64,000 nt of DNA, taken from positions 992,001 to 1,056,000 of the forward strand of contig CAWHXY010000004.1 of assembly GCA_963833575.1 (NCBI GenBank), in the 5' to 3' direction. Under the pieces are notes generated by a model. The model was not told the DNA's origin. It searched no databases and saw only the letters and a list, made by a program, of their open reading frames with translations. This document shows positions 9,018-18,617 of this stretch, one piece after another. Each line of letters begins with the position of its first letter. The stretch's first letter is position 1. The DNA comes from Candidatus Bathyarchaeota archaeon. Its GTDB lineage: Archaea; Thermoproteota; Bathyarchaeia; Bathyarchaeales; Bathycorpusculaceae. A program made the translations under genes and the position numbers.

Positions 9018-11329
9018 ATCAGCACCACTGTTTTTGCAAAGACCTTTTCAAACAAATCTTTTTTCCTATTAAAAGCCTGCTCTTCTAAGATTGACTTATT
9101 CCCCGATTCATATTCTACTATAATGTAATTTGTATCTTCTTTGATGTTTAATCTCTTAACAATCGATTGGTGTGTATAATCTAAGCTATCTGCTATCCGA
9201 AGGAGGCTTGATAGCACCTTTATTTTGTTTATAGTCATGCGGTCTAATGTACCAAGGTTATAATGTTTTAGCTTGGGTAAGCCTTTGCGGTGGTATCGAG
9301 CGATGTTGGCTATAATTTGTCTGTCTTGTGAAGAAAATTGCAATTGTGTGTCATTGAGGATTATCTTGGCTGTTTCTTTGTTGTGTCCTCCCCTGCCTTT
9401 GGATAAGCCTATGTCGTGAAGGATCGCAGCACATTCAAGGTAGCATCTCTCACGTTTACCCAACTTGTGCATGCTAGCCAAACAATCAAAGAGTCTCAAT
9501 GAAAGTCGAGTAACCTGCGAGCTGTGTTTGGTATCTTTCCAATACTTAAGTGCAAAATTCCGACAATTCTGAATGATTTCCCTGCAATTTTGGGTTAAAA
9601 TTTCTTTTTTCTTCTCGTCTTCTTTGTTTATCGCATCCAAAGATAGACCCTGTAGCAGCATCTGAGCGAAGCCTTGAGGCAACCGCTTTTTTCTCAGAGC
9701 TTCTACAGCACAATCAACATCGTAGTTTAGCCTAAACAATTCAACTTTAAACGGATTAAAACTTAATATTGCATAAGCCGTTTGAGGGTTTCCATCTCCA
9801 GGTCTTCCGACGCTTCCAGGATTAACAAACGATATTCCGTTTACCTGCCTCCAAAATTGTTCATGAGAGTGACCCATGATTATTATGTCCACTTTGGCGG
9901 TTTCGGCTATAGTTTTTAGCCTTTCAACTGGAGTATAACCGTAAATGTGTTCTTTTATATCTTCGGGGCTTCCATGCGTTATGAGCAGTTTTTTCCCTGC
10001 AACTACTAGCCTGCGTTCCAAAGGAAGAGCGTTGAGATAATTTTCGCTCGATTTTGACAGCTCTTTTTTAGCAAATTTGTAAGCTGTGTTGTTTTGACCT
10101 TTATCTTTAGTTTTGCCGTTGATGACTTCGACGTCGTAATTGCCTAAAATACTTAGGACATTTTTTTCACATAGGAATTTGATAACTTCGTTGGGACAAG
10201 GACCGAAGCCAATTGAATCTCCAGCATTAACTAAAAGACTAGCGCCACGTTGTTCCGCGTCACGAACAACCGTTTCCAAAGCATTAATGTTTGCGTGAAT
10301 ATCTGATAATACTGCAATTTTGACATTAGAATCTACTATAATTCTCATAGTTTTTTCCTCAGCTTGGATCAATTCAGCCTTAATTGTCTCTTTCAATTGA
10401 GGGAAAAAATCTTCTTTCTTATTTTCTTCCCACTGACGCTCAAACTGCAAATAATACTTTTTCCTTTCATCTTTTATGAAAGCCAGAAAATTTAGAAGGG
10501 CTTGTTCGAAGTCGGCTTGGTTTTTTATGTCGATTATTGAAGGTTTTGTTTCTTCAATGAATTTTGGTAGATAGTCAATCCAGACATCACAATCATGCAT
10601 TTCCCCCAAGATATCTTGATACTTTTTTATGTTATCAATTTCTTTTGTGAGTTTGTTTTGATACATTGGTGCAAAAATTTCCATTGTGTAGCGGAGTTTT
10701 TTTGCGTATATTCTCATTTCATGATGTTTTTGTTTTTCATTTTCTTTATGAACATATTCTTCCATGCCGAGAAAATTTTGTAATCCAAAGGCTATGTTGC
10801 CTTGAGCTTTTTCTAGAATAATTGTCTGGTTAAAAATTGAATTTGATTGAGCAGAAATAGTTTGGTGACAAGCGGCAATAATGTCTTCTAAAGTGTATGA
10901 CGCCTTCAGTTTCTGCATTTCATTAGCAAGGTTAGGTTGGATATTGTTTCTTCGGTTTTTATGATTTTGCAGCAATATATCGAGGCTTTCTTTATCATTT
11001 ATAGAACTAAGCTTTTCGATGTATTGTTGTATGAACGCTATTTGTACGTCAAGATCTCTTGCATCAGCTAATAATCGTGTAACTTTTTTAATTTCGCCTT
11101 TCCATTTTTTGTATTCTTTTCTAGCAAAGCAGGATCTAAAGACAGGTAGTGCAGCTCTGAGTCTGCGAGAGGCGACACGTGTTTTGTGGACATATTCAGA
11201 ATCCTTGTTATCTATAACGCCATCTATTTGATTTTTGAATATATTGAGGAGATTTAGGATAGTTTCTGAGCCGAATTTGCAGTAACTTGGGTCAACTTGG
11301 CACCTTTGAGAACTAATTGGGGCGCTCAT
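8999..11329 (-). CDS. CHAD + calcineurin-like metallophosphoesterase + HD domain fusion
   Basis: CHAD: VHKTRVASRRLRA, RDLDV, HEMRIYAKKLRY, LGEMHDCDV. Phosphoesterase: SDIHAN, GD, GNYD, HGSP, GHSH, NPGSVG. HD: LHDIG. Likely start ATG 11329, overlapping the ppk1 end. Confidence 0.88.
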   Translation of the reverse strand: MSAPISSQRCQVDPSYCKFGSETILNLLNIFKNQIDGVIDNKDSEYVHKTRVASRRLRAALPVFRSCFARKEYKKWKGEIKKVTRLLADARDLDVQIAFIQQYIEKLSSINDKESLDILLQNHKNRRNNIQPNLANEMQKLKASYTLEDIIAACHQTISAQSNSIFNQTIILEKAQGNIAFGLQNFLGMEEYVHKENEKQKHHEMRIYAKKLRYTMEIFAPMYQNKLTKEIDNIKKYQDILGEMHDCDVWIDYLPKFIEETKPSIIDIKNQADFEQALLNFLAFIKDERKKYYLQFERQWEENKKEDFFPQLKETIKAELIQAEEKTMRIIVDSNVKIAVLSDIHANINALETVVRDAEQRGASLLVNAGDSIGFGPCPNEVIKFLCEKNVLSILGNYDVEVINGKTKDKGQNNTAYKFAKKELSKSSENYLNALPLERRLVVAGKKLLITHGSPEDIKEHIYGYTPVERLKTIAETAKVDIIIMGHSHEQFWRQVNGISFVNPGSVGRPGDGNPQTAYAILSFNPFKVELFRLNYDVDCAVEALRKKRLPQGFAQMLLQGLSLDAINKEDEKKKEILTQNCREIIQNCRNFALKYWKDTKHSSQVTRLSLRLFDCLASMHKLGKRERCYLECAAILHDIGLSKGRGGHNKETAKIILNDTQLQFSSQDRQIIANIARYHRKGLPKLKHYNLGTLDRMTINKIKVLSSLLRIADSLDYTHQSIVKRLNIKEDTNYIIVEYESGNKSILEEQAFNRKKDLFEKVFAKTVVLIWKQHS

Positions 11330-13448
11330 TCCATATGCCTCTATTCTGGATAAGCCAAGCTTGCGAATTGATGACTTTTTCTCCTTGTTTCGGTATAACT
11401 CTCTCATATGTTCCTTCTGGCAAGAGCCTTCTTGCTTTAACATTATCTAAAAGGTGGATTTTCAGCATATTTTCCAAGATTGCTTTTTTAAGGTATGGAT
11501 CTGGAACTGACAAGAGAACTTCAATTCTTTCGTTTAGGTTTCTAAACATCATATCTGAGCTTCCAATAAGCACTTCATGGTCTGTGTCGTCTCGGAAATA
11601 ATAGATCCTAGCGTGCTCAAGAAAGCGTCCTACTATTGATATGACTGAAACGTTGTCGCTTATTCCTTTTATTCCTGGTCTTAAACAGCACAAACCTCTG
11701 ACATTGAGGTCGATTTTGATTCCAGCCATAGACGCTTTGTAGAGAGCTTGGATAATTTCTGTTTCTTCTAAATTATTTAGTTTAAATGCTAAGTAGCCTT
11801 TGCCCGTTTGTTTGTGAAAAGCTATTTCTCTGTCTATTCTTTTGAGAATTTCCTTCTTCAGAGTTTTTGGAGCTACGAGCAAATGGTTGAATTCTTTTTC
11901 CTGTAGTCCATTTATTATTATGTTGAAAAGTTCTTCGAGTTCTGCTCCGACTTCGGGGTTTGCTGTTAGGTAACCAATGTCACCGTATATTTTTGCTGTT
12001 ACAGCATTGTAGTTTCCTGAACCAATATGGCTAAATCTTGTAATTTGATCTTTTTCTTTTTTGACAATTAAGCATAGCTTTGCGTGGACCTTGAAATTGG
12101 GAAAATTATAAACAGTGTTTACTCCGCCCTGTCTTAGTTTTGAAACTAAGATGATATTGTTTTCTTCGTCGAATTTTGCTTTCAATTCAACTATCGCTGT
12201 AACTTTTTTGCCTCTTTCAGCAGCCTCTATCAATGCATCCACGACTGGTGAATTATGATCCATTCGATACATTGTTATGCAAATTTCCATTACGCTAGGG
12301 TCCTTCACTGCTTCTTTTAGCAGGTCGACTATTACTTCAAAGCTGTCATAGGGGTGATATAAAACAAAATCTTGTTTGGCGATGGTTTTGAACATGTCTT
12401 TTTCGGGAGACAAAAGAGGCGAAAAACAGGGCAAGAAGCTTTTATCTTTAAGGTTTGGGCGGTTTACTTTGAGCAGTTGCCAAAGATCTACCAGACCTAA
12501 AGGTCCATCAAACTCGTAGATTAGATATTCAGGCAATCCTAATGCTGCTGCTACCTTTTCCCTTACAATTTCAGGAACCTTACGTTCAAACTCTAGTCTG
12601 CTTGGGAACCCAGCTCTTCTAGTTGACAGGCTCTTTTTGACTGAGCTAAGAAAGTCGGCAGACTCATCCATCAAAATATTAATTTCACCGTTGCGTGTAA
12701 TTCTAAATTTGCAACAAGAAAGGTTTTTTTCATCTGGGAAAAATAACTGCAAATTACTTTCCATCAAATCTTCTAAGAACACATAGTTATAATGGACACT
12801 TGCTTCTCCTTCAAGAGTTAGTTGGCTACTGCTTGTCGGGATTCTTATTAATCTTCCAAATGTTTCAGTTGGGACGTCAACCAAAAAGAATGAATCCTGA
12901 TTAGCAAAGCCAGTAACGTACAGTGTAATGTGCAAATTCTCTAAAACTCCGCCATCGAAACCTTCTCGCGGGGTCTTGATATTGGGAAGAATACTTTGTT
13001 TTAAGAAATTGCGTAAGTTTTCCTTATCTTTTTCCCCCAATTCACTAAATTTCCAAATAAAGATTCTCTCTTTGGCTAGAGCTGGGAGAAGTTCTTCCCT
13101 CCAACAATCTGCATGGTTTTTAATAAGTGGCATTATTTCTTTTCTTGTGGCTTCAATCTGTTCAATAGCGCTCATCCCATCTACCGATTTTTCGGAAGAC
13201 CCTGACTTGATTTTTTTCATAAGACGAGGGATTCGTGTCATGAAAAATTCGTCGAGGTTGCTTCCGCAGATTGCAATGAATTTCACTCTTTCCAGCAAGG
13301 GATGCCACCGGTCACGTGCTTCCTCTAGGACGCGTGCGTTAAATCTGATCCAGCTAAGTTCCCGGTTTAAAAAAAAGCTTGGGTTATCCAAGAGTTTTTT
13401 CTCGCTTAAGGCAACGTTACTATCAGGATCCGTTTTTTGTTCTGACAT
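11313..13448 (-). CDS. ppk1: Polyphosphate kinase 1
   Basis: NRELSWIRFNARVL, LLERVKF, SNLDEFFM, HPYDSF, ELKAKFDEENNI, phospho-His motif KVHAKL, GRFLEHARIY. Confidence 0.95.
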   Translation of the reverse strand: MSEQKTDPDSNVALSEKKLLDNPSFFLNRELSWIRFNARVLEEARDRWHPLLERVKFIAICGSNLDEFFMTRIPRLMKKIKSGSSEKSVDGMSAIEQIEATRKEIMPLIKNHADCWREELLPALAKERIFIWKFSELGEKDKENLRNFLKQSILPNIKTPREGFDGGVLENLHITLYVTGFANQDSFFLVDVPTETFGRLIRIPTSSSQLTLEGEASVHYNYVFLEDLMESNLQLFFPDEKNLSCCKFRITRNGEINILMDESADFLSSVKKSLSTRRAGFPSRLEFERKVPEIVREKVAAALGLPEYLIYEFDGPLGLVDLWQLLKVNRPNLKDKSFLPCFSPLLSPEKDMFKTIAKQDFVLYHPYDSFEVIVDLLKEAVKDPSVMEICITMYRMDHNSPVVDALIEAAERGKKVTAIVELKAKFDEENNIILVSKLRQGGVNTVYNFPNFKVHAKLCLIVKKEKDQITRFSHIGSGNYNAVTAKIYGDIGYLTANPEVGAELEELFNIIINGLQEKEFNHLLVAPKTLKKEILKRIDREIAFHKQTGKGYLAFKLNNLEETEIIQALYKASMAGIKIDLNVRGLCCLRPGIKGISDNVSVISIVGRFLEHARIYYFRDDTDHEVLIGSSDMMFRNLNERIEVLLSVPDPYLKKAILENMLKIHLLDNVKARRLLPEGTYERVIPKQGEKVINSQAWLIQNRGIWNERPN

Positions 13449-13738
13449 AACTATTTCTTCCAGCAGATTTTCGCGAGGTTTCTGATAGAGTTACCATCAA
13501 GCAGAGATAATTAGTTTACCTTTTCATCAGTTAATCTGTAGAGATATTTCTTTCTGAGAAACAGGAATTTTATGATCAGCGGTGGCGCTTCCCTGGAAAA
13601 TCGTTGGTTTCCACCGTTTTTGGTTTTCGACAAGCATAATTCTCGAATTCGAAAAGAGGAATTTTTTTTGATGCCATAGTTTGTCTTTCTCCTGTATATA
13701 ATGAAACATGAAGAGGGTTAAGTGCTTCCAAAATAGAT

Positions 13739-13764
13739 TATATAGCAATATATATTACTATATA
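13739..13764. promoter_or_regulatory. AT-rich palindrome, candidate operator between divergent ppk1 and ORF 13853
   Basis: TATATAGCAATAT/ATATTACTATATA: 13-bp arms with one mismatch. Confidence 0.3.
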
Positions 13765-13852
13765 TTTAATTCGATAAAATCTGTTATAGCAAGAGTTATA
13801 TTTCACTCAAAGATTTTAGGATGTATTGATTCTTTAAAATAAAAAAGGAAGT

Positions 13853-14467
13853 GTGAAAAGTATGAATTCTTCAACATTAAAAGAACTGGGTTTCTCGCAA
13901 CCTTGCGCATTCAAAAATATATCATTCCAAAACCTACCTTCTGATGGTAGCAGTGTTTTAGCAATAATCGACACATCTCTAACAGGCAAATCTGAAACAG
14001 ACATCATATTCATTGGTAGATCCAAAAAACCTGCCAAAAAAATTCTTGGCGGATACCTATCTGGTTACGGCGGAAAAAACACAAAGAAAATCAATGCAGG
14101 CCTAATGAGCGACGGCTACCTTGAAAAAACTGCCATAAGCTGGATGTCCTGTGACAAACCAAAAGTAATACAAAAAGAACTGTTAGACAAATACGTAAAA
14201 GAGCACGGTAAAGTTCCATTGTGGAATGCCTCAAAGAAAAAACCAGAGAAAATTCAAAAAGTTGAGACAAAGAAAAAGCTCGCAACAACTGTCTCAGGCA
14301 AGGCTTCAAAAGCTGAAAAATCCACTGCACCAGCAAAAGCTAAGGCTGTAAAGTCCTCATCTGCAAAGTTAACAATTGCCCAAAAAGTCACAACTACTCC
14401 AAAGCCAACAGACCCCAGTGCAAGTACCGCGCACCCGAGCGCAGATTCGACGCAAAAAACCGCTTAG
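13853..14467 (+). CDS. Degenerate GIY-YIG-like domain with a Lys/Ala/Ser/Thr-rich tail
   Basis: IIFIGRS and ELLDKYVKEHGKVPLWN resemble GIY-YIG motifs; low-complexity basic C-terminal tail. Confidence 0.6.
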   Translation: MKSMNSSTLKELGFSQPCAFKNISFQNLPSDGSSVLAIIDTSLTGKSETDIIFIGRSKKPAKKILGGYLSGYGGKNTKKINAGLMSDGYLEKTAISWMSCDKPKVIQKELLDKYVKEHGKVPLWNASKKKPEKIQKVETKKKLATTVSGKASKAEKSTAPAKAKAVKSSSAKLTIAQKVTTTPKPTDPSASTAHPSADSTQKTA

Positions 14468-14480
14468 CAAGAACCCCAAA

Positions 14481-15026
14481 TTAATTCTTAATCATTTTTT
14501 CTTTCTTTGAAGAATAATATTGAATAAGTTCCTGTGTTGACCAAGGCAAGCAATCTTCAGGTTTGAACCCTAAAAAACCCGCATATTTATGAATTGACTC
14601 AGGATTTTCAGCCTCTATTTCTAAAAACTCTGGAATAAATTCATAGTCACCTTTGTAACAATCGATGTCAAATCTTGCTTGATCAAGTTTGTAACTAACT
14701 CTATGTTTTTCCATGCTCTCAATGACGAATAAGCCCAGGTTCTCTAAGATTTTTTTCATAGTCTTAAAATCGGAGATTTCAACTGAGTATTCTTCTGCTT
14801 CTTTTGATGTTTCTGTAAAATGAACTTTTTTATATGTTAGTTCCGTTTCGTTTTGTTCTTTTCTTAGGCGCAGTACGTCTTTTGATTTGATTATTGTGTG
14901 GTCTTTGAAGTCAAAGAAGAAGGTTTGAATGTCTCCGTCGAAAATTTTTTTGGCTCCTAAGGCGATAAGGGGTTCTTCGATTTTTGGTCTGTTGACTTCT
15001 AGAATTTTTGCTTCTATTTCTTTCAT
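14481..15026 (-). CDS. CYTH-domain protein (class IV adenylate cyclase/triphosphatase family)
   Basis: N-terminal EIEAK (ExExK), LRLR, LTYK, EKHR, FLEIE. Confidence 0.92.
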   Translation of the reverse strand: MKEIEAKILEVNRPKIEEPLIALGAKKIFDGDIQTFFFDFKDHTIIKSKDVLRLRKEQNETELTYKKVHFTETSKEAEEYSVEISDFKTMKKILENLGLFVIESMEKHRVSYKLDQARFDIDCYKGDYEFIPEFLEIEAENPESIHKYAGFLGFKPEDCLPWSTQELIQYYSSKKEKMIKN

Positions 15027-15090
15027 AAGTCAAACTAGCCTTTATTGGTTAAAAACATGGCGTCTCAGCTTAATCTCGGATGTTAGTTCT

Positions 15091-15297
15091 CTAAGCGTTT
15101 GGAAGGGGCATTTGAATAATTTGAGAGTGGATGCTGTTTGCTTTGCTTATGTGCATAGGCGTTACTGTTACGTGGCTTGTGTCTTTGATGACTTGGTGAT
15201 CTAATCCGCAGACTGGACAGAATACTATCTCATAGTTCGCAAAGATTTCTGGAAGAACATCAAATTTTTTTGTGCAACCTAAACATTTAACTTTCAA
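15091..15297 (-). CDS. Small LysW-like zinc-finger protein
   Basis: CLGC...EIVFCPVCGLDHQV. Confidence 0.6.
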   Translation of the reverse strand: MKVKCLGCTKKFDVLPEIFANYEIVFCPVCGLDHQVIKDTSHVTVTPMHISKANSIHSQIIQMPLPNA

Positions 15298-15508
15298 TTT
15301 TGTTCACCTCAATTATCTCAAAACAAAGGGAGTTTTCAGTAGGGCTAAAATCAAATTGTTCAAGCAATAGTCTTTGACCTTTTTTGACCGTTATGAATTC
15401 GGTTCCGCATATTGGGCAAAGCACTAATTCGTTTTCTCCAATATGGTCAAATTCAAAAGTTTTTTCGCATTCTGGGCAAATGAATACTATTGACGTCATC
15501 TTTTCCAC
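15287..15508 (-). CDS. Small LysW-like zinc-finger protein
   Basis: CPEC...ENELVLCPICGTEFITV; overlaps the next ORF as in an operon. Confidence 0.65.
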   Translation of the reverse strand: MEKMTSIVFICPECEKTFEFDHIGENELVLCPICGTEFITVKKGQRLLLEQFDFSPTENSLCFEIIEVNKIES

Positions 15509-16042
15509 TGTTTCTTGCTCCCCTTGAAAAGGGTGGGTGTGGAGTCAATTAAGAGATGCCTTAATAGTTTTCAGCAACTATATAGATGATATCAATAGTT
15601 ACGTGCTTTTTTAGGGTTTAAAGGCTTCTAAGCTCTCAATTGTAAGGTCAATCAGATGACGTCGGTGTTATTTTTTTTTCTTGGGTTTTGATTTATGAAT
15701 TTGTGGAGCCTCGAATTTTTTGATATGTGGTTTTCATGAGCTTCAATTAATGAGTTTTTTTTATGTCAGAAGACGTTACTGCTATGGTCAATTCTTTCAA
15801 TTTCTAAACCTGAAGAAAGCTTAATTCTTGGAGATTTAGCTATTTCAACGTTAAAATGAGCTTATCTGAGTTAGAGTACCCCCCCAAAATTGCAATATTT
15901 ATTCAAAAATGAGAACTTGTACTCTTGCAGTAAAATGGCTAAAAATTTTGAACTTAGATAAACAATAACCATTTTGCGGCTGCAAATTTAAGCGAAAGGT
16001 TATTACTTTTAGAATGACTTACGTACCACGGAGACAATAAAG

Positions 16043-16804
16043 GTGCCCCTTACATTTGTAATTGGAACTGCTGGTTCTGGTAAATCTCTTTTTACTGCAG
16101 CGTTTAGTGAATGGCTTAAAATGTCAAAACAGGATGTTGCCGTGGTTAATTTGGATCCTGGAGCGCTTAAGCTGCCTTATTCGCCAGATGTTGATGTACG
16201 CAACTATGTTGATGTCGGGGATATAATGGAAAAGTATGGGTTGGGGCCTAATGGTGCTTTGATTATGGCTGCGGATTTGATTGCTGATGAAATTGAAAAT
16301 TTAACTCGTGATATTGAGGAGGCTCATGCTGATTTTGTTTTGGTGGATACTCCTGGGCAAATGGAGTTGTTTGCTTTTAGAGCAAGTGGACCATACATTG
16401 TTAACGAGTTGACCAAGGAGCCTAAGGCGTTGATTTACCTCTTTGACGCCGTTTTCTCAATTAATCCGCTTAACTATGTTTCGAACATGTTTCTTGCTGC
16501 TGCAGTTTATAACCGCTTTTTCCAACCGCAACTTCATGTTCTCTCAAAAACCGATTTGCTCCCAAAAAAGGATGTTGAGGCACTTGCAACTTGGTCAGCT
16601 AACACCAGGGCACTTGAGGATGCAATTGAAGAGAAGCTGGAAGGTACAAAACGGCTTTTTAGTCGAAACATGATGCAGGCAATCAACAAGCTTGGTATGC
16701 AATTTTTGCTAATGCCACTTTCCTCTAAGACCAATGAAGGCATGACTAACATTAATACTACTCTTGAGCGGATTTTGAATGAAGGAGAAAAATACACAAC
16801 TTAA
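16043..16804 (+). CDS. GPN-loop GTPase
   Basis: GTAGSGKS, VNLDPG, YGLGPNGAL, DTPGQMELF. Confidence 0.95.
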   Translation: MPLTFVIGTAGSGKSLFTAAFSEWLKMSKQDVAVVNLDPGALKLPYSPDVDVRNYVDVGDIMEKYGLGPNGALIMAADLIADEIENLTRDIEEAHADFVLVDTPGQMELFAFRASGPYIVNELTKEPKALIYLFDAVFSINPLNYVSNMFLAAAVYNRFFQPQLHVLSKTDLLPKKDVEALATWSANTRALEDAIEEKLEGTKRLFSRNMMQAINKLGMQFLLMPLSSKTNEGMTNINTTLERILNEGEKYTT

Positions 16805-16820
16805 TCCCTGCTCCAAAAAC

Positions 16821-16935
16821 TAAGTTAGACTTTTTAAGCTTTTTTTAACTATTTTCAGACTTTCTTCGACTTATTTTAACTTTCCTTGATTTCTTTTGAC
16901 GCAACCTGTAAACGAAAAAGACCCTAAATCAAAAA
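16821..16935 (+). repeat. Module copy A: degenerate 10-bp array (about TTTYTTYRAC) plus conserved block
   Basis: attttcagac/tttcttcgac/ttattttaac/tttccttgat/ttcttttgac, then CAACCTGTAA (16902) and TCAAAAA 27 nt after the motif start. Confidence 0.75.
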
Positions 16936-17000
16936 TGACAATTACAGGTGTCGTCGTTCTTTCCAATTAAATGAAGCAATTGTTTGCAATCTTTTCTAGA

Positions 17001-17128
17001 TTAAACTAGATCAAAAAGGATTAAACTAGATTAAAATAGATTAAACTAGATCAAAATGCACTCAACCAGCAAACGTTTTAAACCCCAAATCAAAAAAACA
17101 ACCCAAAACACAAAGGAAAAAATTTGCT
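17001..17128 (+). repeat. Module copy B: 10-bp array (TTAAACTAGA x6) plus conserved block
   Basis: ttaaactaga/tcaaaaagga/ttaaactaga/ttaaaataga/ttaaactaga/tcaaaatgca, then CAACCAGCAA (17063) and TCAAAAA at +27. Confidence 0.9.
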
Positions 17129-17230
17129 TAAGGAAATTTATTCTGTCCTCTCTGAAATATTCTTCTGGACATTATCTTATCAGTTAATCAATGCCATCCG
17201 AATGTCTCTGTCAGCTTTCATTGTCTGAAA

Positions 17231-17352
17231 ATGTCAAATTGTGTCAAATTGTGTCAATTTATGTCAAATTATGTCAAAAAATGTATCAACCTGTAACGAA
17301 TTCAAGCTTTGCTTCAAAAAAGCAATCCAAAACAAACAGCAAAAAATGCACC
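17231..17352 (+). repeat. Module copy C: 10-bp array (RTGTCAAATT x5) plus conserved block
   Basis: atgtcaaatt/gtgtcaaatt/gtgtcaattt/atgtcaaatt/atgtcaaaaa, then CAACCTGTAA (17287), TCAAAAA at +27 and AAAAAATGCAC. Confidence 0.9.
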
Positions 17353-17388
17353 AGTTCCCACCGCCGACCTCAATCTCACTTAGAATAG

Positions 17389-18015
17389 TTACACTTCAAT
17401 CAATGACCAACTAGCAGCAAAAGCCCCACGCTTAGCCTTCAGGGCTGAATCGCCTCCAGCGACAATGATAACATCATTATCTTCGGGAGTTAACTCTTTT
17501 AGAATTTGGTTTGCAGCTGTTGGATACTGCTTCTCGATGCAATCGCTGACTGACTTAATACACAAATGACCCTGATCAAAAACGATGACTAGGGCTTTTC
17601 GTGCACCAGCAATGATGGCTGCATCCCGCTGGTCAATTCCAGACTGTACTTTCTGTCCGCTACCCTTAACTAGAAAAGCAAAAACAAAATCAGATTCAAT
17701 TAATTCCGATTTTCTTATTTCAACCCTTTTTGGAAAAACCTGCTCAAATTGTCCCCAAACCTCTAAGCCTTTTTTTGATAAACTGCAGCCCTCTTTGCTG
17801 GTTTCAATTAAGCCAGCGTCTTTGAGTCTACTTATTATGGTTCGCACTGCTCCATCGCCAACATTAAGTTTCTTAGCCAATTTGTTTCTACCTAAGGGTT
17901 CTTGCGATAGAAGCTCTAAAGCATAAAAAATATGGAACACACTAAAAGAAGTGGATGGCCCCGGAGCTTTCTTTCCAGCAATTCCTTGAATGAACTTTTT
18001 TAACGATACAGCCAT
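17389..18015 (-). CDS. Winged-HTH protein, DUF4443-like
   Basis: EPLGRNKLAKKLNVGDGAVRTIISRL HTH; GIDQRDAAIIAGA. Confidence 0.8.
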   Translation of the reverse strand: MAVSLKKFIQGIAGKKAPGPSTSFSVFHIFYALELLSQEPLGRNKLAKKLNVGDGAVRTIISRLKDAGLIETSKEGCSLSKKGLEVWGQFEQVFPKRVEIRKSELIESDFVFAFLVKGSGQKVQSGIDQRDAAIIAGARKALVIVFDQGHLCIKSVSDCIEKQYPTAANQILKELTPEDNDVIIVAGGDSALKAKRGAFAASWSLIEV

Positions 18016-18076
18016 ATTTTGCACTACTCTAACTTAACATCTACTAGGTTTTTATAATTTGCCAAAAGGTTAATGT

Positions 18077-18454
18077 TTAGTCTCTGTAAGCAACAACTGA
18101 AATCTCAACAAGCGCATTACCTTTCAATTCTACACCAACGGTGGCCCTCGCAGGAAATTCAAAAGCAAACCATCTTGCATATTCCAAATTAAACTCATCA
18201 AACAAATCCATAGACGAAAGATAAACATTGGATTGAACAATATCTTTCAAACTATAGCCTGCAGCTTCTAAGATAGCTTTTATGTTCTCCATTACCTTTC
18301 TTGTCTGCAACGTTACATCATTAGTTACTATTTTTCCTTCCTTTGGGTCGATCGCAAGTTGGCCTGAAACAAATAGGAATTTGCCTGCTATTACTGCTTG
18401 ATTATACGGACCCACCGGTTTTGGCGCTTTTTCGCTGAATACTGTTGTTCTCAC
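18077..18454 (-). CDS. ridA: RidA family reactive intermediate deaminase
   Basis: APKPVGPYNQAV, FVSGQL, PARATV, LVEI. Confidence 0.92.
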   Translation of the reverse strand: MRTTVFSEKAPKPVGPYNQAVIAGKFLFVSGQLAIDPKEGKIVTNDVTLQTRKVMENIKAILEAAGYSLKDIVQSNVYLSSMDLFDEFNLEYARWFAFEFPARATVGVELKGNALVEISVVAYRD

Positions 18455-18617
18455 GTTTTTCCCTATTATGCCAGTGTTGTTCAGGCATTAAAATGGTTTC
18501 TGCCAGCAAGCATCAGCTATAATCGCCCGTTAATTAGCCTCTGTATTGCAGAAAGACTTTTAAGAAAAATAGCAAGTTACTTATGTTCTTATTTACAACA
18601 GCACGGAAAAGATTCCT

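Noticed and set aside
12928-13485. Long antisense ORFs (also 3416, 27656, 31450, 47494, 62135, 62786 and others)
   Set aside because: They are shadows on the opposite strand of well-supported genes and have no motifs.
17191-17388. 65-aa ORF with VKLCQ repeats
   Set aside because: It is a translation of the 10-bp DNA array; the period is not a multiple of three.
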